A stretch of DNA of 64,000 bases from the IMG/VR virus record IMGVR_UViG_3300009129_001089. One strand, 5' to 3'. The notes beneath the pieces were generated by a model, which did not search any database, was not told the origin of the DNA, and worked only from the letters and a program-made list of their open reading frames with translations. The DNA comes from a virus. Made by a program: the position numbers and the translations under genes. Positions 1-9,505 of this stretch are shown piece after piece; position 1 is the stretch's first letter; every line of letters begins with the position of its first letter.

Positions 1-812
1 GGATTTGAACTATTAAAATCAAAACTATCAGGTACTCTAAGTGTAACTTTACCTGTGTTTAAGTATTGTGCCCACATTTCGTATAGTGCTTCATACCTAT
101 CACGTAACTGCATTTTACGAGCAGATCGCATTGTCATTACTTTTTGAAGAGCATAATCTGCCCATGCCATTCCTCGTTCATGCCACGGTTCTCTGGCTCC
201 GCGAGGATCGGATCTCTTCAAAAAGAAATCTACACCAAAGTTTGCAAACGTGTCTTGTAATTGTTCAAACATTAAACTTAAGGCATGTGAGTATGCAGGA
301 TTGACTTCGTTGTGATCTGTTCTAGCCGCATGTCCTAATCTATGCAACAACATCCATCCTGATGATCTTACCCATTGATCTGCCGCATTGCCTAAAAAGA
401 ATACTACTGTTTTGTCTTTGTGTTTTGCGGTTCTACGACCATTTTTTAACACTTCTATTTCATGAAGGAACTTATATCCTTCGGGAAAATCCATTTCAAT
501 TTCTAATGCAGTCGTAGCACCTCTTTCTAAAATTTCATAATTGTAAGCATCTTCGCCAAATACAGGTATAATTAGATAATTGTTTTTTGTTTTTGACCAT
601 GACTTAACAACTCTATCTCGCCACTTTTTTGCTTTAGGTTCGTCTGACAGCCAGTTACGTTTTTCTGGTTCTGTCCATGCAGTAGGTAGGCCGTCTTCGC
701 CAGGTCCAAACCCATCGGTGCCTGTGTGATCATAATCTATTTCTGGATCTGGATCACCCATAGTTTGAATATCACTAATAGGTGCTTCTTTTATTACTTC
801 ACGAAACCGCAT
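1..812 (-). CDS. Partial (runs off window) putative head-packaged protein with HxxxH motif
   Basis: Not in ORF track; read manually from ATG at 812: MRFREVIKEAPISDIQ...WMLLHRLGHAA; N-terminal tag shared with other late proteins. Confidence 0.7.
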   Translation of the reverse strand, partial: MRFREVIKEAPISDIQTMGDPDPEIDYDHTGTDGFGPGEDGLPTAWTEPEKRNWLSDEPKAKKWRDRVVKSWSKTKNNYLIIPVFGEDAYNYEILERGATTALEIEMDFPEGYKFLHEIEVLKNGRRTAKHKDKTVVFFLGNAADQWVRSSGWMLLHRLGHAARTDHNEVNPAYSHALSLMFEQLQDTFANFGVDFFLKRSDPRGAREPWHERGMAWADYALQKVMTMRSARKMQLRDRYEALYEMWAQYLNTGKVTLRVPDSFDFNSSN

Positions 813-1326
813 CGTTATCCTTAAAAAATTTAGGGTTAAAAAACTTTTTTTGTTCTATTTTATCTTGACCTACTTTAACATCTATTGTAGTATTTACACC
901 TTGAACAATTTTGCCTACCGCTGATTCATTAATTACCCAAGCCATGGGTTGTTCTCCTGCGGCAACGGTCATAGAAAGTCTGGTATTTCCGCCTATAAGA
1001 ATATATCCTTTTTCATCATGTAATACAATAGGCAATGGTACTACTTTATCGCTATTAAAAATTTGTTTAACTCTTTCAATTTTATCTTGATCAAATTTAT
1101 CAAACGGAGTTCCTTCAAATGCATCTGTATTTTGTATGTTCATTTCAGGTGTAACTTGTTGGACACTTCCCCGCTTGGCCTTAGAAAGCCATGTTTTCTT
1201 ATTAGGAAAATGTGGCCTATACCTATCACGAAGGGTAGGATCGTCACCTATTACTTCGCCCCACTCTTCTTCAAGATCAGGATAGGTCCAATTAACAAAT
1301 TCGGTCAAGAGTTCTCGATATCTCAT
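799..1326 (-). CDS. ParB/Srx-like domain protein, putative head-packaged
   Basis: PLPIVLHDEKGYILIGGNTRL resembles ParB-N core; starts MRYRELLTE; C-terminal module after INES (GVNTTIDVK). Confidence 0.55.
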   Translation of the reverse strand: MRYRELLTEFVNWTYPDLEEEWGEVIGDDPTLRDRYRPHFPNKKTWLSKAKRGSVQQVTPEMNIQNTDAFEGTPFDKFDQDKIERVKQIFNSDKVVPLPIVLHDEKGYILIGGNTRLSMTVAAGEQPMAWVINESAVGKIVQGVNTTIDVKVGQDKIEQKKFFNPKFFKDNDAVS

Positions 1327-1331
1327 ATTAA

Positions 1332-1337
1332 TATTTA
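1332..1337 (-). promoter_or_regulatory. T4-type late promoter core TAAATA
   Basis: TAAATA 5 nt upstream of ATG 1326. Confidence 0.6.
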
Positions 1338-1349
1338 TTTGATTTGTTG

Positions 1350-1619
1350 TTATAGGAATTTCTCTACGGTGCTGTCGAACTTTCCGGCAATAATATCTTG
1401 TCTAAATTTTGCGGCGTTTTCTTCTATCCACTGCATAATCAAATCATTTACTTCTTCTCTAGTGCCGGTTCTTGCATGGTCATTAATATAATCTTTTATT
1501 AATGTATTTTGTAAGTTCATACTTACTTTATATTGTTGGGCAGAATTGAGGTCACTATACCCTTCGTTAATTATTCTCAATAAACTCTCATTAATTAATA
1601 TAAATGTTCGTAAATTCAT
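1350..1619 (-). CDS. Small late protein with repeated INE motifs
   Basis: MNLRTFILINESLLRIINEG; TAAATA (1625-1630) 5 nt upstream. Confidence 0.6.
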   Translation of the reverse strand: MNLRTFILINESLLRIINEGYSDLNSAQQYKVSMNLQNTLIKDYINDHARTGTREEVNDLIMQWIEENAAKFRQDIIAGKFDSTVEKFL

Positions 1620-1620
1620 A

Positions 1621-2301
1621 CTAATATTTATTGATTATTTTAACATAGTTTCCTTCACGAACCATAAGAGAAATACGGTTATCTTCATTTAGCCCTTCCC
1701 AATATGTATTTGCAATTTCATCAATATTACCATTTAATGATAATATAATAGGATCACCTTGAAAGGAAGGTAATGGGTCTCCGTCTCCCATATATGTTGT
1801 TACGCAATATCCAGTTCCTGGAGGTGTATCGGAATATCGATAAAAACAATGATCGGTATTGCCTGTATGATTTCTTTTTATAACAGAAAGAGAAATATTT
1901 TTAAAATTTTTATCTAAATATCCTGATATTCTAGGAGTGTAATTGGGTGCATCAGGTTCGTAAGTCTCATATGCTAATGATGCTAAAAATCCGCTTCCTA
2001 GCATTAATTTATCATAAATCATATCTGTTTGTGATCCATTACTTACAATAACATTATGTCCTATGCCTCGCATAGCATTATAAATTATTAAAGAAGGATC
2101 TTCTACTAATGAAGGATCAGCGGCTTCAGTACTTAAAATATTATTTTTATATTTAAAAACTCTATTTCTACTGTTATCACTACGACCCATTATCCAGTAA
2201 ATCGCAATAGATTCACCTGCATTGTTATAACCAATAACAATTCCGCGACCAGGATAATTATTATATTGAATATGTGTTTTAAAATTGTTATTTACATTCA
2301 T
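1621..2301 (-). CDS. Stand-alone IMP cyclohydrolase (PurO-like Ntn-hydrolase fold)
   Basis: YPGRG, YWIMGRS..SRNR, LIIYN, VSNGSQTD, YEPDAPNYTPRISG, TTY.GDGDPLPSF motifs. Confidence 0.85.
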   Translation of the reverse strand: MNVNNNFKTHIQYNNYPGRGIVIGYNNAGESIAIYWIMGRSDNSRNRVFKYKNNILSTEAADPSLVEDPSLIIYNAMRGIGHNVIVSNGSQTDMIYDKLMLGSGFLASLAYETYEPDAPNYTPRISGYLDKNFKNISLSVIKRNHTGNTDHCFYRYSDTPPGTGYCVTTYMGDGDPLPSFQGDPIILSLNGNIDEIANTYWEGLNEDNRISLMVREGNYVKIINKY

Positions 2302-3103
2302 CGCAAAGTTGTGGAAATATATGTTCCATTAATGTATCATAATATGCTTTTATAGAGTGATCTCTAGCATCTATTTTTAAAAAACCTTCTTCTAAATGAG
2401 TTTCAGACCAATCCAACGTTTCTGGATCTATATAAATGCCGGAATGAAGAAAAGGAAAACTAGGAAAAAAAGGCACAGGATCATTCCTAAGAGCAACACG
2501 GAAGTGAGTGGGTCTATTTCCAAAAAAGGTCGTAGCGACTTTGGGGCTACCGAAAGTATAAATTTGAACATTGTATCCCTCCTCATGAAACCATAGTCCA
2601 ATTATTTGGGCGATTGCACCACCTAACGAATGACCTGTTAAATATACTGTTTTACGTAATTTATAATTTCTCTTAATATCTGAGTAAATTATATGTGAGG
2701 CATTTCTAAAACCCATATGAAGTAGTGTGCCTAAATCTTTATCATGATGCATTCGCATATCAACATCAGTTTTTACATTTTCCCTATTATCTGTTCCTCG
2801 AAAAACTAGAATAGAAACACCGTCTCGATCTAAAAGATAATATGAAAATTCTTCTTTTAACCTTTGTCCGTCGGAATCAAATAAATCATTAAATTTAGCA
2901 AATTTTGGATCATCCGGACTTCGTCCTGGTTTTTCATAACTTTTAATACAATATTGTGCCATTTCGGTTAACTCCGAAACGTCTACAGGTAATGTAGTAT
3001 AGTTACCATATTCACCGTCATTTACTAATAATTTATTGGTTGCGGCACACCCTGATAATAAGAATATTAAAATAATTAGTATTAACCATTTTTTATTCTG
3101 CAT
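2288..3103 (-). CDS. Class 3 lipase lipoprotein
   Basis: Signal peptide with lipobox LSGC; VFRGT, HMGF, GHSLGG, TFGSPK, DPVP, DHS. Confidence 0.85.
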   Translation of the reverse strand: MQNKKWLILIILIFLLSGCAATNKLLVNDGEYGNYTTLPVDVSELTEMAQYCIKSYEKPGRSPDDPKFAKFNDLFDSDGQRLKEEFSYYLLDRDGVSILVFRGTDNRENVKTDVDMRMHHDKDLGTLLHMGFRNASHIIYSDIKRNYKLRKTVYLTGHSLGGAIAQIIGLWFHEEGYNVQIYTFGSPKVATTFFGNRPTHFRVALRNDPVPFFPSFPFLHSGIYIDPETLDWSETHLEEGFLKIDARDHSIKAYYDTLMEHIFPQLCDECK

Positions 3104-3780
3104 TGCATACTCCACTGACACCAATCTATTTCAAAATCAAGTGATGAAAAAAAATCTAGTATATATTTCATAATTTCTTCCACTGGAATATTTTGTATTG
3201 CAAACACTATAATAGCCGATCCTATCCCCCAAAGAAAACATTGGTACGACCATTTAAGGTATTTATATTTTTTTAATGCTAAAACTTTACCTTGACCATA
3301 TATGTCACCTGCTAAAGCATCATATACTTTATCATCAGTCATTAAAGTATGTGCATAATCATCTTTATATTCGTCAACATCTATATGGGCAAAATGTCCA
3401 AAAAATAAAGGATTAAATTCAGGAGATTTTCTATCTATATCTCCATCCCATGTTTTAGGATAATCTGTTTTTGGGATTATTGCAAATATTGCAAATAATA
3501 ATGAAAAGAAACAACCAAATCCTAATGCAAATAAAGGCCATCTCATTACTTGATTATCTAAATTTGCTATGGTTATTGAAAACACGATAGATGCAACGGT
3601 AATCATAATATTGGCTTTGGCGTCGGCCATTAAACCAAGTCGCATTTGATTGCCGTGATTTACTCGTAGTATATTATCAACCGCAGTACGATTTTCTGGA
3701 ACTACCGCAAAGTGATTTACTTTTGATAGACCATCTTTTTTGATATGTTTGGAACGACTAAAAGGTGTGACATGGCCCAT
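3082..3780 (-). CDS. PycTM-like (DUF5706) transmembrane protein
   Basis: ADAKANIMI, TM pair ending IIPK, NPLFFGHF, GKVLALKKYKYLKWSY plus third TM. Confidence 0.75.
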   Translation of the reverse strand: MGHVTPFSRSKHIKKDGLSKVNHFAVVPENRTAVDNILRVNHGNQMRLGLMADAKANIMITVASIVFSITIANLDNQVMRWPLFALGFGCFFSLLFAIFAIIPKTDYPKTWDGDIDRKSPEFNPLFFGHFAHIDVDEYKDDYAHTLMTDDKVYDALAGDIYGQGKVLALKKYKYLKWSYQCFLWGIGSAIIVFAIQNIPVEEIMKYILDFFSSLDFEIDWCQWSMQCRIKNG

Positions 3781-3783
3781 TCA

Positions 3784-3999
3784 TTAATTTCCGAATTGTT
3801 CTTCTGTTTCGTATTCTGTCGGAGTACGAATAAGAGTACCTTCCATTCGACAGCCATCGACTAGATTAACGGCTTCTCTGGTATCTACATTTATATGACA
3901 AACAGGCTGATTATAGCCCATTCGTTCCATATAAAAGTTTTTTAAGTCTGTACAACTAACTATGCATAGAACGATTGCTGGGAACAGCAAATAATACAT
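3784..3999 (-). CDS. Small putative lipoprotein
   Basis: MYYLLFPAIVLCIVSC lipobox-like; start trimmed from track ORF. Confidence 0.45.
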   Translation of the reverse strand: MYYLLFPAIVLCIVSCTDLKNFYMERMGYNQPVCHINVDTREAVNLVDGCRMEGTLIRTPTEYETEEQFGN

Positions 4000-4786
4000 T
4001 ATCGCGTTCGGCACTAAGTTCTCGTCTTGCTGAAATAACATCAGATTTAATTTCTTTTTCAGGGTGTCCAAGTTTTCTCCTATAATTGGCATAATCTACA
4101 TCTTCTTGATCGGTGCCTGCCCACGTATTCCATTGATCAGCATCGCCTTCATCATCGGTTTGTCCAAAACCATACTTGTATGAATAGGCAAAAACATCTA
4201 CTCTTGGGTCGCTTGCTAACCTCTTCCATATGGAAGCACCGCCCTTACTTTGTTTACTATCTGATATTATTGCAGTACCGAGTTTATTCATAATCCAAAT
4301 ATAAAAATCTACCATGTTTATATCAGAACCGACGCCTTCTGGTACTTTTTGAACATAATGAACTCTGTGTCCGTCAATGGATTGTCCTGTTTCTGGGTTA
4401 GATTCTTTATCTGATAATGTGCGATGTTTTAATTCCATTTGTATAACGACATATTCTCTTGGACCATCAAACTTTCGTATTAGGGCTTCATCCATATCAT
4501 CTAGGTCATCCGACCTTCGCCAAATTGCAGATTTAGAAGTAACACTAGATCTAAATTCTCCGACAAATGGATGAGGAATTTCTTCTGTTATAACTTCAAT
4601 ATCATAATCTGTCGGTACACCTACTTCTCGTAAATCGCGAGTCCATACTTTATAATGATCATCATAAGTACCTATTAGTATTTGATTGAGCTCTTTTCTT
4701 TTTTCAGAAGGAAGACCGTATTGTCCAGCATACATTCCTTCGACATTCCAATATTGAATTTCAGATATTATTTCACGAGCTCTCAT
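3956..4786 (-). CDS. GNAT-like protein, putative head-packaged
   Basis: ISDSKQSKGGASIWKRL resembles the C-terminal motif of phage GNAT-like proteins; MRAREIISE tag; TAAATA 4792-4797. Confidence 0.5.
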   Translation of the reverse strand: MRAREIISEIQYWNVEGMYAGQYGLPSEKRKELNQILIGTYDDHYKVWTRDLREVGVPTDYDIEVITEEIPHPFVGEFRSSVTSKSAIWRRSDDLDDMDEALIRKFDGPREYVVIQMELKHRTLSDKESNPETGQSIDGHRVHYVQKVPEGVGSDINMVDFYIWIMNKLGTAIISDSKQSKGGASIWKRLASDPRVDVFAYSYKYGFGQTDDEGDADQWNTWAGTDQEDVDYANYRRKLGHPEKEIKSDVISARRELSAERDNVLFAVPSNRSMHS

Positions 4787-4794
4787 AGTAATAT

Positions 4795-4962
4795 TTATTT
4801 GACTTTTAAATCTATTCGAACTATATATTGATCAGCATAATCTTGATAGGGATGTAACTCATAAAAGATTTTTTTTGCTTCTTCGATCGAATCTGCTTCT
4901 ATATCTTGATAATGATAGAAATAAGGAGGAAGGACATCTTGGTAAGTTATCGTATAGTGCAT
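4795..4962 (-). CDS. Hypothetical 55-aa protein
   Basis: Manual ORF MHYTITYQ...IEADSIEEAKKIF fills the gap. Confidence 0.55.
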   Translation of the reverse strand: MHYTITYQDVLPPYFYHYQDIEADSIEEAKKIFYELHPYQDYADQYIVRIDLKVK

Positions 4963-4977
4963 CTCAGCACAAACCCC

Positions 4978-5226
4978 TTAATTAATATGAAAGTATTTAT
5001 CGACCCGTCTGATATCGGTCTGATCTACACTTCCTATTTGGATTTCTTTTATTTTTGCTTTGATGTTTTCCTCCCAATACTTTACGAATCGTTGCATTCG
5101 CGGGTACTCGGGAGGAACATCATCGTCCTGAAAACTGAAAAGATTTAAGATATGTTGATAATCAGGAATCCAATAGTATACATGAATAGTAGTTAATTCC
5201 CATTTATCAATCTTAATAAATGCCAC
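4978..5226 (-). CDS. usg: Usg-like protein
   Basis: LTTIHVYYWIPDY..L..F..QDDD..PEYP....F...W pattern of Usg family. Confidence 0.7.
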   Translation of the reverse strand: MAFIKIDKWELTTIHVYYWIPDYQHILNLFSFQDDDVPPEYPRMQRFVKYWEENIKAKIKEIQIGSVDQTDIRRVDKYFHIN

Positions 5227-5230
5227 GTCA

Positions 5231-5545
5231 TCATCCGATGGCGTTTCCGTTATCGGCTTCGTTTATTGCTTTACCTTCAGCAATTTCTGGGTCTTCTTTC
5301 TCTTTGAACCAGTAATCTGTTGATTTCGCTAGTACTGCAACATAGGCACCTAATAAAATATTAAGTAAATCCCTTGAGTCTTGAGGTACTAATTGAAAAA
5401 ACAACAAGCCAACTAAAAGTAGAAAGGTTATCACTATGATAATAGTGATTGAATATCTAGCAAACCAATTGCGTTGTTTTCTTTTTTCTAGTTGTTCGGT
5501 TTTCTTTTCAGAAAGATTTTGGGTTTCCATATTTTCTTCTGCCAT
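5231..5545 (-). CDS. Two-TM holin-like membrane protein
   Basis: Two hydrophobic helices, LLNILLGA...DYWF, charged termini. Confidence 0.5.
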   Translation of the reverse strand: MAEENMETQNLSEKKTEQLEKRKQRNWFARYSITIIIVITFLLLVGLLFFQLVPQDSRDLLNILLGAYVAVLAKSTDYWFKEKEDPEIAEGKAINEADNGNAIG

Positions 5546-5569
5546 AAGTCTTTTTATTAAGTAGTATGT

Positions 5570-6076
5570 TTATTTATTAATTAAGTCTCCCCAAGTTAAT
5601 GGGTTTTTGTTAACTGTATCTTCTTTTTTTGGTTCCTCGACACTAGCATCATTTGGTTCATTATATTTAGGTTTGGGTTCTTCTGTTTTTGTAGAATTAT
5701 CAGATGAAGCACCTTGCTCATATGCTCTTTTTGCATCAGGTCCCATTGCCCCTTCTTTAATACAATCGCCACTAAGTTTACCTAATAATGCTCCTGTTGG
5801 ATCCGTATTTACATGCACCATATAATCTTCAAAACATTCAAATTGAAGTCGTATTTTTTCAGTTATACAAACACATTGATTAATACCTAAATGAGGTACA
5901 ATAGGTGCATTAAACATTCGAAGTGAATTTAAATTTAAATGATTGAAACATTGCAATACCATATTATAAACATGAGCGGTAGTATATTTAAGTTTATGGG
6001 GACATTCTTTTCCGCTAACTACGGTTGGCACTAACAAAAGTGCCACCGCAATTGTTAATTTACTTAACTGTTTCAT
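5570..6076 (-). CDS. Secreted cysteine-rich protein
   Basis: Signal peptide MKQLSKLTIAVALLLV; six Cys including CVC. Confidence 0.55.
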   Translation of the reverse strand: MKQLSKLTIAVALLLVPTVVSGKECPHKLKYTTAHVYNMVLQCFNHLNLNSLRMFNAPIVPHLGINQCVCITEKIRLQFECFEDYMVHVNTDPTGALLGKLSGDCIKEGAMGPDAKRAYEQGASSDNSTKTEEPKPKYNEPNDASVEEPKKEDTVNKNPLTWGDLINK

Positions 6077-7181
6077 TATCTGTTTTGGGTTCCTCTTTTG
6101 GTTCCTCTGTTTTTGGTGGCAGAGGAGCTGTTCTTGGGTTTCCTTGTTTGTCATACAAATCTGCTCCGGTTATTTCTAATTTTTTCAAGGTTACTGTAAC
6201 ATTTTTATAAACACGATCTCGTATTACTACAAGATCAACAGTATCACCTACATTTTTAGTTCTTATTTCATCTGTTAGATCGCCCTGTCTATTAACAGCC
6301 TTACCATTAACACTAATGATAGTATCAAATTTTTCTAACCCTTCTGGCATAGGATCCGATGGTGCAATCATACAACCAAAAGTATTAGGAACTGTTATTC
6401 CAGATTCTTTTACATCTGGTAAATTTTCTATATCAGCTCTATTTAATGGATGTAGATCTACTAATCTTACACCCACAATAGGCCGCACGAATTCTTTACC
6501 TTCTTTAATAACATTCACAATTTCTTTAGCATCATCATTTCGCAATGCTAATGCAACTCCGGCATGAACTTTAGTTTGTGCAGGATTAACTATCATTGAA
6601 TTGACTCCTACTACGTTGCCTGCTGTATTAACTAAAGGCCCTCCTGAATTACCAACATTAATTGTAGTATCTGTTTGAATGTATCGTACATACGGAGATC
6701 TTACAATTCTTTCGTTATTACTAACAATACCTTTTGTAATAGACCATGCCATACCGAATGGATGACCTATTGCAAAAACATCCATACCATCCCAAGGTTC
6801 ATCTTCGGACCATTCTAAATAAGGTAATGGTTTTTTACGTTCAGGTATATGAATAACGGCTATATCTGCAAGAGGATCCGTACCTATGATTTTTACTTCA
6901 TAAATATTCCAATCGTCTTTATCATAAAATGCTAATTTTAATTTAGTTGTTCTGTGGACACAATGATAATTTGTTACAATGTGCCCTTTTTCATTTATTA
7001 CAAAACCACTACATGTACCCCTTCCATTAGGACCGAGAACAGAAGCATTATTACCACTTTGCATTAAAATAAAAACGGTTGCCCCTTTTACTTTATCAAC
7101 TATTTCTTTATTAAGAGAACTAGTAAAAGCAACGGAAGCGATCAATAGATTTGCTATCATTAGAATTAGAAATTTTTTCAT
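6060..7181 (-). CDS. htrA: HtrA/DegP-family serine protease with one PDZ domain
   Basis: Signal peptide; TNYHC, DIAV, GNSGGPL triad; C-terminal PDZ. Confidence 0.92.
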   Translation of the reverse strand: MKKFLILMIANLLIASVAFTSSLNKEIVDKVKGATVFILMQSGNNASVLGPNGRGTCSGFVINEKGHIVTNYHCVHRTTKLKLAFYDKDDWNIYEVKIIGTDPLADIAVIHIPERKKPLPYLEWSEDEPWDGMDVFAIGHPFGMAWSITKGIVSNNERIVRSPYVRYIQTDTTINVGNSGGPLVNTAGNVVGVNSMIVNPAQTKVHAGVALALRNDDAKEIVNVIKEGKEFVRPIVGVRLVDLHPLNRADIENLPDVKESGITVPNTFGCMIAPSDPMPEGLEKFDTIISVNGKAVNRQGDLTDEIRTKNVGDTVDLVVIRDRVYKNVTVTLKKLEITGADLYDKQGNPRTAPLPPKTEEPKEEPKTDNETVK

Positions 7182-7408
7182 AATTTCCACCATATTCCTA
7201 TAAGAATTATTATTACTACGAGTAACTCTATTCCTAAAATGGTATGATAAAAAACCCACTTGGTTTCGTATATTTTGTCGGCTTCTAATTTTAATTCAAG
7301 TTGTTCTTTAAGATTATCTTTTAATTTTTTAGATTCGACGCCTATTCGAACATGCAGATCTTCCAAGGCCTGCTGGCTCTCCTCAAATATTTCACGAAAA
7401 TTACTCAT
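7178..7408 (-). CDS. Small coiled-coil protein with C-terminal TM helix
   Basis: Hydrophobic C-terminus; ATGA overlap with htrA. Confidence 0.6.
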   Translation of the reverse strand: MSNFREIFEESQQALEDLHVRIGVESKKLKDNLKEQLELKLEADKIYETKWVFYHTILGIELLVVIIILIGIWWKL

Positions 7409-7696
7409 TTAGTATATTGTCTCAGTTACTAATTCTCCCTCCGCAAAGCGGTAGACTTCGAAGTCGGTTGTACAAAACAGTTTGTTTAATCTTTCTGCCA
7501 AATTATAGGCATGTCCGGGATTAGAAAATGAGACTTTTTTATATTTCAATCCCGATTTACCTAACTTATTAATAGAGCGTAAATTAATGGGGGCGTCTTG
7601 ATAAAAGACCGCATAAATGTGTTTGGCCTTCAATATTTGAATGACCGAGCCATTATTGTTATTTTCTAATAGAATATCAGGTTGAGGCCGCGCCAT
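7409..7696 (-). CDS. Hypothetical phage protein
   Basis: SD AAGGAG and upstream TAAATA; YKKVSFSNPGHAYNLA. Confidence 0.65.
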   Translation of the reverse strand: MARPQPDILLENNNNGSVIQILKAKHIYAVFYQDAPINLRSINKLGKSGLKYKKVSFSNPGHAYNLAERLNKLFCTTDFEVYRFAEGELVTETIY

Positions 7697-7734
7697 TAAT
7701 AGTATACTCCTTATAATTATTTATTATATCTATC

Positions 7735-8160
7735 TTAAGATAGATATTTTTTGAGTATACCGGCGGGAGCAGTGAGTTTTTGGAGTTTTTCTTCTTGTTT
7801 CAGTCGTAACGCTATTTTTTCATGGCGTTCTCTTTCTTTTTCTTGGGCAATTAATTGTAACTTGTGATAATCTATTTTTATGCCATTATCTTCTAATTTT
7901 GGTTTATCTTCTATATTATCATACCATGTTGTTTCCCAAAAACCTTTTGCCTCGTGCCCTCCCTGGACTATACCTGACATCTTGTCTTTGTTCCACCATA
8001 TATGTAAAAAACCTATAAGTTCGTCATTTGATTGTACTGGATAAAAAAATTCTTTAACACCCATTGATTGATAATACGGAAATACAGGTTGTTGGTATAA
8101 CTGCATTTTAATATTTAATTCAGCATGTTTTCTTATTTTTTCTTTTTCTTCATTTGTCAT
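7735..8160 (-). CDS. Hypothetical protein
   Basis: ORF coupled to rnh stop. Confidence 0.6.
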   Translation of the reverse strand: MTNEEKEKIRKHAELNIKMQLYQQPVFPYYQSMGVKEFFYPVQSNDELIGFLHIWWNKDKMSGIVQGGHEAKGFWETTWYDNIEDKPKLEDNGIKIDYHKLQLIAQEKERERHEKIALRLKQEEKLQKLTAPAGILKKYLS

Positions 8161-9143
8161 TAATTATATCCAGCATTTAAATATAAAGCATGATCTTGAA
8201 CTTGTTGACCTACCCTATCTAAATTATACTTACCACAAAACTTCATGAAATGTATGCCAACCTGTGGTATTTTGTCTTTTTGGACAACTTTTGTAATAGT
8301 CTCATCCATTGCTGTTTTAACCCATTTTGGTTGCTCAGAAAGATCAATGAGTTTTCTGTTCCTTTCGTAATCATCCAACACTCGGTGTTCTTCACCCTCA
8401 TGATCCGTCCAACGTTGAAGCATGAGATTGTTCCAATTATATCCTTGCTTATTTCTATCATCAAATGCTTCAAGTAACCCCACTTTGTTTTTAGTTCCTT
8501 TTTTACGTACACCAGGGTAAGCACTAAAAATATTATCGGAGGTGTCGCCACGCATACACTTCTCGAAAAGAAGCCATCTAGGATTAGGTGCTTCTTTTGG
8601 TTGTCCGGTTTTCTTATCAATACTAAGTTTACCTTTCCCATCATAATATCCTTCCTTTGTTATTGTGGTATCAGTTATGCCATTATAAATTTGCACATTA
8701 TCTGATATAAGTTGAAAAAAATCAGAGTCACTCGAAACAATAACATGTTTATCTTCGGGATGTAATTGTATCCAACGAGCAATCATATCGTCTGCTTCGC
8801 AATCTTTATTTTGCAAAACAGAACAATTTGATTTTTCAGATAAAAAAGTTTGAAATTCCCCAAACTTTTCGAAAAAATATTCATCTTCTTTTTGCTCTTT
8901 TGAAGTAAGAGCATCACGTTTTTCTTGTCTATTGCGTTTATAAGGTTCATATTCATTTTTACGCCACGATCGGCCTTCAAAACAAAATACAACATGACTA
9001 CCGGTAAAATCTCTCCATACTTTGTTTATTGATGTAAACATAATATGCAAAGCCATACCAACTTTTGTATCAAGATCATCTCCTCTTACAACATGTTTTG
9101 CTCTAAAAAACATATTGGTTGTATCAACAAGAATATATGTCAT
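8160..9143 (-). CDS. rnh: T4 RNase H-like 5'-3' exonuclease / flap endonuclease
   Basis: ILVD, WRK..Y..YK.NR, EADD, SSDSDF, GDTSDNI. Confidence 0.92.
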   Translation of the reverse strand: MTYILVDTTNMFFRAKHVVRGDDLDTKVGMALHIMFTSINKVWRDFTGSHVVFCFEGRSWRKNEYEPYKRNRQEKRDALTSKEQKEDEYFFEKFGEFQTFLSEKSNCSVLQNKDCEADDMIARWIQLHPEDKHVIVSSDSDFFQLISDNVQIYNGITDTTITKEGYYDGKGKLSIDKKTGQPKEAPNPRWLLFEKCMRGDTSDNIFSAYPGVRKKGTKNKVGLLEAFDDRNKQGYNWNNLMLQRWTDHEGEEHRVLDDYERNRKLIDLSEQPKWVKTAMDETITKVVQKDKIPQVGIHFMKFCGKYNLDRVGQQVQDHALYLNAGYN

Positions 9144-9505
9144 TCGATTATCTTTCGCCCATCTTTGAGTTGAACAATATTAGGGGCTTCACCTAAAAGA
9201 TCATATTCATCTTCTATTTCTTCCCTAACAATAGTTTTACATAAATCACTAAACCATTTGTCTACTATCATTTCGTCTTCACTACCTTCATAACCATTTT
9301 CTCGCAACATTGCTACAAAAGGTTCATTCCAATCTAATTCAAAAAAACCTTGAGATGGATTATCTGCATCCAATTTAACATTTAATACATCTACCCAAGG
9401 TTCTTTGCTATCCTTAGGATCGACTTTTTTGGGTTTAGGCTTAGGTGGTTCTTTCTTTTTAAACTTATCTTTAATTTTATCAAATATTTTCATTATGTTC
9501 CCCAT
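9140..9505 (-). CDS. Hypothetical phage protein
   Basis: FFELDWNEPFV..L...GY.G; coupled to queE and rnh. Confidence 0.6.
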   Translation of the reverse strand: MGNIMKIFDKIKDKFKKKEPPKPKPKKVDPKDSKEPWVDVLNVKLDADNPSQGFFELDWNEPFVAMLRENGYEGSEDEMIVDKWFSDLCKTIVREEIEDEYDLLGEAPNIVQLKDGRKIIE

